Assembly: GCA_943356775.1 (NCBI GenBank)
Contig: CALRFU010000001.1
Span: 7,203-71,202, forward strand
Source: Candidatus Nomurabacteria bacterium
GTDB lineage: Bacteria; Patescibacteriota; Minisyncoccia; Phycocordibacterales; UBA2100
Length of the DNA: 64,000 bases
Direction: 5' to 3'
Under the pieces are notes generated by a model. That model saw only the letters and a program-made list of their open reading frames with translations. It had not been told where the DNA came from and did not search any database. Made by a program: the position numbers and the translations under genes. Below are positions 51,677 to 60,598 of this stretch, piece after piece. Each line of letters opens with the position of its first letter. Within the stretch, counting starts at the first letter, position 1.

Positions 51677-51692
51677 GAAGATAGAGGCGTTA

Positions 51693-52091
51693 CTAGCGCT
51701 TGGACCATTGTGGCGCACGACGTGCTGCCTTGAGGCCGAACTTTTTACGTTCCTTGGCTCGTGGGTCACGTTTGAGGAATCCGCGAACCTTGAGGTCCTT
51801 TCGCTGCTCTGGAGTGATTTCAATCATTGCACGTGAGATTCCGAGTCTTACAGCTTCTGCCTGCGCCTTGAGTCCTCCGCCTCGTACATGTGCCGAGACT
51901 GCGTATGTTGCTCCCATGAGCTGAAGCGGAGAGAATGCCATCTTAACCATGACGTCGAGTGGAAAATACTCGTCAGCCATCTTGCCGTTGACCAACATAG
52001 AAGAGGTTTTTGCTTCGGTAAGGCGCACACGTGCGGTTGCCGTCTTGCGTCGTCCTACTGCTTCTGTGTACCGTGCTGTCTCTTTTGCCAT
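51693..52091 (-). CDS. rpsI: Ribosomal protein S9
   Basis: C-terminal GGGLKAQAEAVRLGISRA...KKFGLKAARRAPQWSKR. Confidence 0.9.
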   Translation of the reverse strand: MAKETARYTEAVGRRKTATARVRLTEAKTSSMLVNGKMADEYFPLDVMVKMAFSPLQLMGATYAVSAHVRGGGLKAQAEAVRLGISRAMIEITPEQRKDLKVRGFLKRDPRAKERKKFGLKAARRAPQWSKR

Positions 52092-52117
52092 AATTACTTG
52101 TGGTGAGTATTATCGAA

Positions 52118-52474
52118 CTATTCGGTAACGGATAAATTCTTCAAGCGAGGTGTGTGCATCGTGTTGCGCGGGAGCATTCGTGCGACAGCGCGGCGGATGA
52201 CCTCGGAATTTCCTTTGCGTGCGGCGAGGGATGCGAGGCTCTCACTCTTGAGTCCTCCCGGATATCCTGAGTACGTCGTGTAGATGATGCGCGAGCGCTT
52301 GCGGTCGCGAATGTAGAGCTTGCCTGCGTTTGCGACGGTAACTTTAATATTTGAATTCTTGTTTGGGGTGTAGTCCGCGCGCATCTTACCCATGAGGGCT
52401 TTTGCGGCTTCAGATGCGACGCGACCGAGTGTGCGTCCTGCAGCGTCTATTTCGTATGTGTTTTTAGCTTCCAT
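52118..52474 (-). CDS. rplM: Ribosomal protein L13
   Basis: IDAAGRTLGRVASEAAKALMGK...YTPN. Confidence 0.85.
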   Translation of the reverse strand: MEAKNTYEIDAAGRTLGRVASEAAKALMGKMRADYTPNKNSNIKVTVANAGKLYIRDRKRSRIIYTTYSGYPGGLKSESLASLAARKGNSEVIRRAVARMLPRNTMHTPRLKNLSVTE

Positions 52475-52478
52475 ATTG

Positions 52479-52853
52479 CTATTTTTTGTCGCCTTCGGCC
52501 TGTACAAATTCAATACGTGCCGCTTCAAGGACCCGCTTCCCAATTCTTCCGAGTAATACAATACGGGTGTAACCGCCTGCACGATTGGCGTAGCGGGGAC
52601 CGTATACTTCATGGAGCTTCTTCACCACCTCCTTGGAGCCGCCCATGCGCGTATCAATGATTCGCCGTGATGCGAGGGTGTTCTTCTTGCTCATAGAAAC
52701 CATGCGCTCCACAAACGGACGCAATTCTTTTGCTTTGGCGACCGTGGTCGTTATCCCCTCCTGGAGAACGAGAGAACGGGCGAGGCTGCGCAAAAGCGCC
52801 ACGCGTTCGCCCCTCTTGCGTCCCAATGCTCTGTTTTTCTTGTGATGCCGCAT
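52479..52853 (-). CDS. rplQ: Ribosomal protein L17
   Basis: MRHHKKNRALGRKRGERVALLRSLARSL. Confidence 0.9.
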   Translation of the reverse strand: MRHHKKNRALGRKRGERVALLRSLARSLVLQEGITTTVAKAKELRPFVERMVSMSKKNTLASRRIIDTRMGGSKEVVKKLHEVYGPRYANRAGGYTRIVLLGRIGKRVLEAARIEFVQAEGDKK

Positions 52854-52861
52854 AGAAAGTA

Positions 52862-53839
52862 TTACTTGTCGTTGCGGAGTGTGAGACCCATGTTGGAAAG
52901 AGCGCGCTTGATATCCTGCAATCCTTTCTGGCCGAGACCTTCGATGGCGAGGAGGTCGTCTTCGCGTTTACGGACGAGTCCGCCGACGGTGCGGATGGAT
53001 GCGTTATCAAGAGCCATTTCCACACGTTGCGGCATGCTAAGCTCGGTGATACGTGTCTTCAATACTTCGGAATCAAGAGCTCCGCTCTTGTCTTCGCGCA
53101 TACCTCCAACACCTTCCGGTATGCCCATCAAAGCCTCAGGGACTTCATCTTCCTTGAATCCGACAACAGCCTTGAGCTGATGAATCATGGTCTCGATGGA
53201 GCGCTCCAAAGCTTCACGGGGTGCGAGTGTACCGTCGGTCTCGATAACGATTCGAAGACGGTTGAAATCAGTACGGTCTCCGACGCGCATGTTTTCGACT
53301 TCGTAGTTGACTCGGCGTATCGGAGAAAATATCGCATCGAGTGCGATGGTGCCGATTTCTACGCGCTCCTTCTGGTGCATTTCTTTTGCAATGTAGCCGA
53401 GTCCACGTTCTGCACGCAATTCAATCTCGAGGTTTATTTTTCCGGAGACGTCCGCGATGTGCTGTTCTGGATTTAATATTTCGACTTGCCCGGGAAGCGT
53501 GAGGTCTGCCGCGGTGACTTCTTTTGGACCTTTCACAGAGAGTGTGATGGTCTGCGGTTCGTCGGTGAGAAGCTTCAGGCGGATTTTGCGGACATTGAGG
53601 AGAATCGTGACCACGTCTTCCTTGACACCCTCGATGGTAGAAAACTCGTGGGCGACTCCCGGAAGTTTGACGTGCGTAACAGCGGCTCCGGGAAGAGACG
53701 AGAGGATTATCCGGCGCAATGAGTTGCCCAAAGTGTAGCCGTATCCCGGGTACAGCCCATCAACTTCGTAGGTACCACTTCTCTCAGACTCGGAGACGAC
53801 GCGTGGCTTGCTGGGGAGTGCGATGTGGTAGTCGGACAT
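52862..53839 (-). CDS. rpoA: DNA-directed RNA polymerase alpha subunit
   Basis: GYGYTLGNSLRRIILSSLPGAAV and a C-terminal alpha-CTD. Confidence 0.95.
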   Translation of the reverse strand: MSDYHIALPSKPRVVSESERSGTYEVDGLYPGYGYTLGNSLRRIILSSLPGAAVTHVKLPGVAHEFSTIEGVKEDVVTILLNVRKIRLKLLTDEPQTITLSVKGPKEVTAADLTLPGQVEILNPEQHIADVSGKINLEIELRAERGLGYIAKEMHQKERVEIGTIALDAIFSPIRRVNYEVENMRVGDRTDFNRLRIVIETDGTLAPREALERSIETMIHQLKAVVGFKEDEVPEALMGIPEGVGGMREDKSGALDSEVLKTRITELSMPQRVEMALDNASIRTVGGLVRKREDDLLAIEGLGQKGLQDIKRALSNMGLTLRNDK

Positions 53840-53929
53840 ATAAATAGCTTGAATCTTTAGCTCTGTTAAGTAGGTTGGCGTCTAATAATTAAAATACCGG
53901 TGAACGTAAAAGTGGACAACAGTATACCA

Positions 53930-54550
53930 TTATCTGCTGTAGAACTCAAACACTGTCGGGTAATCGAGTCCAGTCTCAACCGTGTTGTAGGATGGCTCCC
54001 CTACGACCGCCGCCTGAAGAAGGCTGAGATCAACAGTGAGCCACGAAGGAATGGAGCGGGTGTTTTCCGCTTTGTTCTCGAGAAGACCGGCAAATAGTGG
54101 GCTCTGACGGCTTCCTTCGCGGATGCCGATGACATCTCCTTTGCGGACACGGTATGAGGGGACGGTCGTGCGCTTGCCGTTTATGGTGATATGGCCGTGG
54201 GAGACCGCCTGGCGTGCTGCGCGACGAGTCGGCAAAAGGCCTGCGCGATATGCGGCGCTGTCTGCGCGCATTTCGAGGGACTTGTGAAGGGCTCCTGAAG
54301 GATCGGCTTCTTCGTATGCGAGCTCGGCATAGTTCGACAGCTGCCTCTCCGAGATACCGTAGGTGAAGCGGACGCGCTGCTTCTCCAGGAGCTGACGGCC
54401 GTAATCGCTGCCTCCGCGGCCTCCGCGTGAATTCTTTTTGTTGGCGGATGAGCGTGCCTCGGAAAGCGCAAATTTCTGAGATTGCGTCTTTTCAAAGATG
54501 GCAGCACCAAGTCTCTTTGCGATTTTAAATTTTGATTTAATCAATAGCAT
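53930..54550 (-). CDS. rpsD: Ribosomal protein S4
   Basis: Zinc-less S4 N-terminus and an S4 RNA-binding domain (RRAARQAVSHGHITING). Confidence 0.9.
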   Translation of the reverse strand: MLLIKSKFKIAKRLGAAIFEKTQSQKFALSEARSSANKKNSRGGRGGSDYGRQLLEKQRVRFTYGISERQLSNYAELAYEEADPSGALHKSLEMRADSAAYRAGLLPTRRAARQAVSHGHITINGKRTTVPSYRVRKGDVIGIREGSRQSPLFAGLLENKAENTRSIPSWLTVDLSLLQAAVVGEPSYNTVETGLDYPTVFEFYSR

Positions 54551-54563
54551 ATTTTATATATGT

Positions 54564-54998
54564 TTATACGCGACGAGGCTTCGGTGGTCGCGGACCATTA
54601 TGTGGGACCGGAGTATCGTCGGCGATGCGGGTGACGTCTATCCCCTTGCCTGCGAATCCGCGAAGTGCTGATTCACGACCGGCACCTACTCCACGGATGA
54701 CAACATCAACCTCTTTGACACCGATGATGATTGCTTTGTCGCCCACGAGCTCGCCTACCTTTGCCGCTGCAAAAGGAGTCCCTTTCTTAGCGCCCGCAAA
54801 GCCAAGCGCTCCCGATGAGGACCATGCTACTGTGTTTCCGTTCTTGTCGGTAAGAAGGACCTTGGTGTTGTTGTAAGTCGCATGTATATGAAGAGTACCC
54901 GCGAGGATATTCTTCTTGGCAATACGTGCGAGTGAACGGGACTTGAGGCCCTGGTCTACGCTGCCGCCACTTTTTCTTATGATTCTCTTTTTTCCCAT
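54564..54998 (-). CDS. rpsK: Ribosomal protein S11
   Basis: ATYNNTKVLLTDKNGNTVAWSSSGALGF.G.KK.TPFAA. Confidence 0.9.
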   Translation of the reverse strand: MGKKRIIRKSGGSVDQGLKSRSLARIAKKNILAGTLHIHATYNNTKVLLTDKNGNTVAWSSSGALGFAGAKKGTPFAAAKVGELVGDKAIIIGVKEVDVVIRGVGAGRESALRGFAGKGIDVTRIADDTPVPHNGPRPPKPRRV

Positions 54999-55023
54999 AC
55001 TTTTACAAAAATAAATTTTTTGA

Positions 55024-55404
55024 TTATGTTTTCTCCAACTTGCGACGGCCCGAAGTCATCGTCTTCCTAACGTTGCCACGAACAGTGCGTGAATTGGTTT
55101 TAGAACGTTGACCCCGGACCGGGAGGTGTTTGGCATGGCGGCTTCCCCGGTAGGATTTGATGTCTTTCAAACGGCGTATGTTGGCGCTGGTGTCGCGACG
55201 GAGCTCTCCTTCCACGACGAATTTCTCAATCGCTTCGCGGAGTAGCGCTTCTTCCTTGTCGGAGACATCCTTCGGCTTCTTACCTGCGTCGATATTTAAA
55301 GCAGCAAGTGTGCTGAGGGCGCGCGGCCGGCCGACGCCATAAATAGCGGTCAGCCCTATTTCAAGGCGCTTCTCTTCGGGTATGGTGATTCCAGCTATAC
55401 GCAT
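55024..55404 (-). CDS. rpsM: Ribosomal protein S13
   Basis: MRIAGITIPEEKRLEIGLTAIYGVG. Confidence 0.9.
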   Translation of the reverse strand: MRIAGITIPEEKRLEIGLTAIYGVGRPRALSTLAALNIDAGKKPKDVSDKEEALLREAIEKFVVEGELRRDTSANIRRLKDIKSYRGSRHAKHLPVRGQRSKTNSRTVRGNVRKTMTSGRRKLEKT

Positions 55405-55409
55405 ATAAA

Positions 55410-55523
55410 TTAACCTTGTCTTTGTTTATGTCTTGGATTCTTGCAGATAACCCACAACCGGCCACGACGCTTAACGGAGCGGCAGTGCGTGCAGATTTTT
55501 TTGACTGAAGACTTTACTTTCAT
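55410..55523 (-). CDS. rpmJ: Ribosomal protein L36
   Basis: I translated the minus strand by hand and obtained [37 protein letters not shown]. This 37-aa zinc-ribbon ORF falls below the ORF-track length cut-off. Confidence 0.8.
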   Translation of the reverse strand: MKVKSSVKKICTHCRSVKRRGRLWVICKNPRHKQRQG

Positions 55524-55598
55524 GTATATAAGTTTCGAAAACGTGAGGGAGAATCCCGTCTCCGGACTCCGGAGTGCGCGACTCTACATTAATTGGCC

Positions 55599-55805
55599 TC
55601 AGGTGCGTCTGACGATGCGCGCTCGTCCTCCGTAAGGGTCGAGTCGCACTTCAACTTTGTCACCGACTAACACTTTGATTCTATGCAGACGCATCTTTCC
55701 GGCGAGATATGCGAGCACCCGCTCGCCACCTTCAATCTTTACCTGAAAGAGGGTGTTCGGAAGCGCCTCATCGACGACCCCATTAACAACCTCTAGTTCA
55801 GACAT
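55599..55805 (-). CDS. infA: Translation initiation factor IF-1
   Basis: LPNTLFQVKIEGGERVLAYLAGKMRLHRIKVLVGDKVEVRLDPY. Start at internal MSELE. Confidence 0.85.
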   Translation of the reverse strand: MSELEVVNGVVDEALPNTLFQVKIEGGERVLAYLAGKMRLHRIKVLVGDKVEVRLDPYGGRARIVRRT

Positions 55806-55857
55806 ATCTGCGTTGGTGAGAATAGCAGTTCTAAACGAGTTAGTCAAATCCCTGCTG

Positions 55858-57363
55858 CTACTTTGCAGCAGACGGACTGGCTATCTTCACTTTAATGTCG
55901 GAAGCGTCCGTAGGGAAGTTATTTTTCCAGAAGGGCGCTATGCGCGCGTGTGCCTCAAGGATACTTGGAAACCCGTTTACAATTGCTTTGAAAGCCGAGT
56001 CATTCTTGCCTTGAAGTGCTGTTGTGAGGGCGTTTGTGTCGATGTGCCAGATGATGAGTGCTTGTCCGGAGGCTACGAGGTTTATGGTACCCGCTTCTGT
56101 CTGGTCACCCGGGGCGAGGACGTGCACTGAGAAATCGTCCATGGGCTCCATACTGACGGGCGTGTTCTCAAAATCGGTAAAAGCAACTTGTGCCAGAGCT
56201 TGTGCAAAAGCGTCTTTGGGGAAGGCGGGAATCTCCATATGAGCTTTCTCGTGTATTCTCACTGAATTACCGGCCTCGTTGGTAACGGGAAGCGATTGGT
56301 ATGTGATGACCATCAGCTCCGGAAAAACAAAAGTGTCGTCTTTGTTCTGGCCGGCAAGAGCCTCGTGGGCTTTTGTTTCAAGCCTTCCGCGAACCAGCGC
56401 GACTGCGGCTTCAAGGGCTCCGGGTGCGGTCCCCGCCTTCTCTCCAAGGAAGCCGCCGGACATTGCCCCGCTCGATTTTGCGGAAACTCCCGCATACATA
56501 GGAGGTGTCGATTTGAGGCCGGGAACCGTGAATTTTTCCGTGGGCCCGATGTTGTACTCCGCTCCCGGTTGATCGGCAACGACAGCGACGCTTACCGTCC
56601 CTGGCGCGGAGCCTTTTTTGCCAGGCACCACGACGTCGGAGAGCACGCGGAATATCAGGCCGTCGGGCGACTCAAAACGGGTGTTCTTTACGAGTTTTAC
56701 CGCGGAAGCGGAGTAGGCATTGGAAACGGTGACGCTTCCCGAAGCTTTTGTCTCTACGTGAGCTGTCCCCTTGGCTTCAACTACTTCAGAGTCCTCAAGG
56801 TCAAAGGTTTGGAGGGTGTATGAAAGGCTTCCTTCGAGGGCACTTGCTCCCTCTCGTGCGGTGAGGGCGGCGGAAGTGAGGACGGCTGTACGGGACTTAG
56901 GTGTGAGGGTAATGGTCGTTGAGCCGAAGAAGAAGAGCAATGCGGCGGCAATAGAGAAGAGGAAGACCGAGGCCGCTGCCCATATCCAAAGCCGCGAAGA
57001 GGGAGGCGGGGATCGTCGAAGCATCCCGCTCGTTATCGGCGGAGACTCTCGGATATCCATATCCATACGATTCGGTGCCCCTCCTACGCGCACAGGAGGA
57101 CGTGACCGGGCCGGTGCCGATATACTGCGAATACCGCGTATCGTATCCATTTCGTTCGGTGCGTCTGTAGAGACGCTTCCGGCTCGTATCGGGATGTCAC
57201 GTGCATCCGACTGAGAGGGGGTCGTGTCGATGTGCTCATCGGGCTCCAACGGAAGCGGCTTGAACTGCCGGGGAGGATTTGTATCGGGGGTGGGCGGAGT
57301 AATATCTTGAAAATAATCTTTTGCCATATGTAATTTTATGAAATTATTGCGCGTACTGTCCAT
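55858..57363 (-). CDS. Single-pass membrane protein with Pro-rich cytoplasmic N-terminus and large extracytoplasmic domain (hypothetical)
   Basis: About 125-aa Pro/Ser-rich N-terminus, a TM helix LWIWAAASVFLFSIAAALLFFF and a 350-aa Ala/Gly/Ser/Thr-rich ectodomain. Confidence 0.4.
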   Translation of the reverse strand: MDSTRNNFIKLHMAKDYFQDITPPTPDTNPPRQFKPLPLEPDEHIDTTPSQSDARDIPIRAGSVSTDAPNEMDTIRGIRSISAPARSRPPVRVGGAPNRMDMDIRESPPITSGMLRRSPPPSSRLWIWAAASVFLFSIAAALLFFFGSTTITLTPKSRTAVLTSAALTAREGASALEGSLSYTLQTFDLEDSEVVEAKGTAHVETKASGSVTVSNAYSASAVKLVKNTRFESPDGLIFRVLSDVVVPGKKGSAPGTVSVAVVADQPGAEYNIGPTEKFTVPGLKSTPPMYAGVSAKSSGAMSGGFLGEKAGTAPGALEAAVALVRGRLETKAHEALAGQNKDDTFVFPELMVITYQSLPVTNEAGNSVRIHEKAHMEIPAFPKDAFAQALAQVAFTDFENTPVSMEPMDDFSVHVLAPGDQTEAGTINLVASGQALIIWHIDTNALTTALQGKNDSAFKAIVNGFPSILEAHARIAPFWKNNFPTDASDIKVKIASPSAAK

Positions 57364-57407
57364 TAAAACGCGACCTAAGCGCGACTCTAGTATTCTACAT
57401 CACTGAA

Positions 57408-58568
57408 TCACGCCCGCCTTTCTTCGATGTTAACAAGTGCCGCAGCTATCAAGATACCCGTGTCCGTGTGAGTGTCTGTCTCGGGAAGCGCGAGATGTGC
57501 CAAGTCGACGGGCTTCAGCGGCGTTACCACGAATGGTTGGGTGCTGGTGGTGAACTGCGCGAAATCAATGCGTGAGAAGAATGAAGAGAGCCATGGGACG
57601 AGGTCTGCGTGAGTCGCAAGAATCAGTTGATTCGGCAGACGCTGTTGTCCGACGAGTTTTGTTATCGCTTCTCCGAAAGCGCGTACTAATTCGGGCTCGG
57701 CTCTCGCCATTGCGACATTCACCGCTTCACATGCGGGGTCTTGACACTCGCCGCGCGCGATGAGACGCAGCAAGGTCAAAGTCTCCTCGGTCATTCCGTT
57801 GCCGCTAATTCTTCTCAAAATAGAATTCTTGCCTTCGGAGATAGTCGCATGGTCCGTCGTAATGCCGTCGCGTATGACGACGAAATTAGTTCCTTCGCTT
57901 GCCATATCCACGACGAGGAAATTCTTATTGGATGCATCGGCTTTGCTGCGAAGGATGGAGAGTATGGCGTGGACTCCTGAGCGGATAATAACCTTTTGGC
58001 CTCCGAAGAGTTGTTGGAAAGCGCCCGTGAGGTTTGCTTTGAATGCCGGGTCACAACTACTGATGAGTGCCGCTACCGAGAGACGATGTCCGGATGCGCC
58101 TTCCGGCTCGCTCGTCGCGTAGCCATTGATCTTGATTCGTACGACCCCCGCTTCAAGAATGTGTGCCCTTTCGAATTCCGTGTCGCTTGCAAGCGCCTGC
58201 TGGGCGAGGCCGCCTATCATTTTGTCCGTAATTTCGGTGGTTTCCGGGAAAGAAGTCTGCGCCTCCACGGTCTTGGAGCGTGTCCAAGGCGCGCGGACGA
58301 TTGCGTACACGGATTTGGGTGCCGGGCCCCCACTCTTTTGATAAGCGGCGAGCACCCGTTGCCCCACTTCGACAAGGTGCATGCCGAGTGCGGCAGTAAT
58401 AGCTTCAGGTGTCCTCACTTCAAGCGGCAAAAAACGGCGTTCTGCACACAGCACGCGCACCGGGCCTTTTGCGGGCACCGAAACAATCGCAACAGCCGCG
58501 CTCCCGCTTCCAATATCCGCGACGGCGATTATTTTCTCGCGCGCTCGCCCGAGATGCATTCCAAACAT
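57408..58568 (-). CDS. Actin-like (ASKHA) ATPase, FtsA/PilM-like
   Basis: Phosphate-1 IIAVADIGSGSAAVAIV and phosphate-2 FLVVDMASEGTNFVVI motifs. Start at internal MFGMHLG avoids overlap with alaS. Confidence 0.45.
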   Translation of the reverse strand: MFGMHLGRAREKIIAVADIGSGSAAVAIVSVPAKGPVRVLCAERRFLPLEVRTPEAITAALGMHLVEVGQRVLAAYQKSGGPAPKSVYAIVRAPWTRSKTVEAQTSFPETTEITDKMIGGLAQQALASDTEFERAHILEAGVVRIKINGYATSEPEGASGHRLSVAALISSCDPAFKANLTGAFQQLFGGQKVIIRSGVHAILSILRSKADASNKNFLVVDMASEGTNFVVIRDGITTDHATISEGKNSILRRISGNGMTEETLTLLRLIARGECQDPACEAVNVAMARAEPELVRAFGEAITKLVGQQRLPNQLILATHADLVPWLSSFFSRIDFAQFTTSTQPFVVTPLKPVDLAHLALPETDTHTDTGILIAAALVNIEERRA

Positions 58569-58629
58569 TGCGTAAGTATATCGCGCGATACGAGCGACGT
58601 ACGTGACAACTTCAGATATCTGTGAGTAA

Positions 58630-60570
58630 TCAGACGAGTACCGCTTTGATACGGCGGATACCCGCAGCGACCGCTTCTTCTTTTTGAATCTTGAAAGGTC
58701 CAATGTTCGACTTCGTAAGTCGAACATCTAGCTCGGAGGTGTTTGAGACGTGCGGTCCGCCGCAGAATTCTATCGAAAAGGCTTTATCGAATTGCGGGTT
58801 TTCCACCGATGCGTCCTTGGGTCCGAGTGAATACACGGAGACCATATCGGGATACTTCGCGCCGAATTCGTGTTCTGCGCCGAGCTTTTCCGCTTCTTCT
58901 TTCGGAAGCGTGGAGCGGGTCATCGGCAATTCTTCTGCAATCTTTTCATTCACAATGCGCTCGACTTCTTTTTTCTGTTCGTCAGTCATCTTTGCGCCGT
59001 ACGAGAAGTCGATACGAAGACGCTCTTGCGTGATGTTACTTCCGCGTTGCTTCACGGTCGGGCCGAGTACAAGCTGCAACGCTTTCAAGAGTACATGGTG
59101 TGCGGTATGTAGGCGCGTCGTCTTTTCCGAGGTGTCGGCAAGGCCTCCCTTGAACTTTTGTTCACTTCCCGCACGTGAGAGAGCGCGATGTTTGAGCATT
59201 TCTTTTTTAAACCCTTCGGTATCCACGTCGAGCCCGCGTTCTGCGGCCAGCTCAAGCGTCATCTCAAATGGAAAGCCGTGAGTCGTGAAGAGTGTGTAGG
59301 CTTCCTGCGCTTCGATGTGGCCTGTCGCAGCAATCTTTTCAAACTCCTTCATTCCCGCCTCAAGGGTATGTGCGAATTGCATCTCTTCCCTCCAAATCTC
59401 GTCGGTAATCTGCTGGTACACATCCTCGCTCTGTAATTCTGTGTACGCCTGCTTGTATTTTTCGATAAATATCGAGGCGCACTTCACGAGCATGCTGTCC
59501 TTACCTTGCCCGTGCTCAACACCGAGCTTCTGCGCATGCTGCGCTGCGCGGCGGATGAGTCTGCGAAGGACGTACCCGCGTTCGGTGTTGCTCGGGCGCA
59601 CCCCGGCTTCGAGCATAAATGTCGCCGCACGCATGTGGTCGGCGACAATGCGGAAACTTCGCTTGTAGCGACTGTCTTCGTACTCTTTGCCCGAAAAGTG
59701 GATTAAAAGCCCGATAGTGTCTGCAAAAACGTCGATGGCAAACACATCAGGATTCCCTTGGGCTGCTGCAGCAATGCGTTCGAGTCCTCCACCGAAATCC
59801 ACGTTTTGTTTGGGGAGAAGTCCAAACGTGTCATCTTCCTTCTTGATGTATTGCATGAAAACCGAATTACCTATTTCCAAAAACCGTCCGCAATCGCAGT
59901 TCGGGTGGCACTCCTTTCCCCACTTTGGATCATGAAGTGTTGCGAAATCGTAAAATACTTCTGAATCTGGTCCTCCTATTTCGCCAACAGGCATGTTCTC
60001 GGGCACTCCTGCGCGGCTCCACCAATTCTTCCGAGCTTCGTAATAGAAAATGCGTCCCCCTTGCATACCAAGTCGGTATCCGTCTGCCTCCGAACCGATG
60101 GCAACCACCTTGGCATCAATACCTTTCTCGGCAAAAAGCTTGGTCCAGATGGCGGCGGATTCAACATCTTGCGGCACGTTATTTTTCTCATCACCAATAA
60201 AAGCAGTCACATACAAATTCTTTGGATCAAGACCGATCTCTTCGGTCAAGAACTTAAAGAAGAACGGAAGCTGCTCTTGTTTGAAATAATCACCGAGTGA
60301 CCAATTGCCGAGCATTTCGAAAAATGTGGTGTGGCGGTTGTCGCCCACCTCTTCGATGTCCTCTGCACGAAAACTCTTCTGGCTGTTGACCAAACGATTG
60401 CCTTGGGGATGCGGTTCGCCGAGGAGATACGGTACAAGGGGCTGCATGCCGCTTCCGGTGAACAAAGTCGTGGGGTCGTTTTGCGGGACTATCGGTGCGG
60501 ACGGAATTATCGTGTGGCCGTTCGCTTTGAAAAATTCGAGATATTTTGTCCGTATTTCGTTAATCGTCAT
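58630..60570 (-). CDS. alaS: Alanyl-tRNA synthetase, short form (catalytic, tRNA-recognition and editing domains only)
   Basis: MTINEIRTKYLEFFKANGHTIIPSAPIV, FTGSGM, and an editing-domain HxxxH/CxxxH region. About 647 aa. Confidence 0.9.
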   Translation of the reverse strand: MTINEIRTKYLEFFKANGHTIIPSAPIVPQNDPTTLFTGSGMQPLVPYLLGEPHPQGNRLVNSQKSFRAEDIEEVGDNRHTTFFEMLGNWSLGDYFKQEQLPFFFKFLTEEIGLDPKNLYVTAFIGDEKNNVPQDVESAAIWTKLFAEKGIDAKVVAIGSEADGYRLGMQGGRIFYYEARKNWWSRAGVPENMPVGEIGGPDSEVFYDFATLHDPKWGKECHPNCDCGRFLEIGNSVFMQYIKKEDDTFGLLPKQNVDFGGGLERIAAAAQGNPDVFAIDVFADTIGLLIHFSGKEYEDSRYKRSFRIVADHMRAATFMLEAGVRPSNTERGYVLRRLIRRAAQHAQKLGVEHGQGKDSMLVKCASIFIEKYKQAYTELQSEDVYQQITDEIWREEMQFAHTLEAGMKEFEKIAATGHIEAQEAYTLFTTHGFPFEMTLELAAERGLDVDTEGFKKEMLKHRALSRAGSEQKFKGGLADTSEKTTRLHTAHHVLLKALQLVLGPTVKQRGSNITQERLRIDFSYGAKMTDEQKKEVERIVNEKIAEELPMTRSTLPKEEAEKLGAEHEFGAKYPDMVSVYSLGPKDASVENPQFDKAFSIEFCGGPHVSNTSELDVRLTKSNIGPFKIQKEEAVAAGIRRIKAVLV

Positions 60571-60598
60571 TTGAGTAAAAGTAACGTGTCTGAGCCGT

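Noticed and set aside
51444-51692. A CIRCE/HrcA operator upstream of grpE.
   Set aside because: No TTAGCACTC...GAGTGCTAA inverted repeat is present. Only an ATTGCAAT palindrome and the terminator-like hairpin are.
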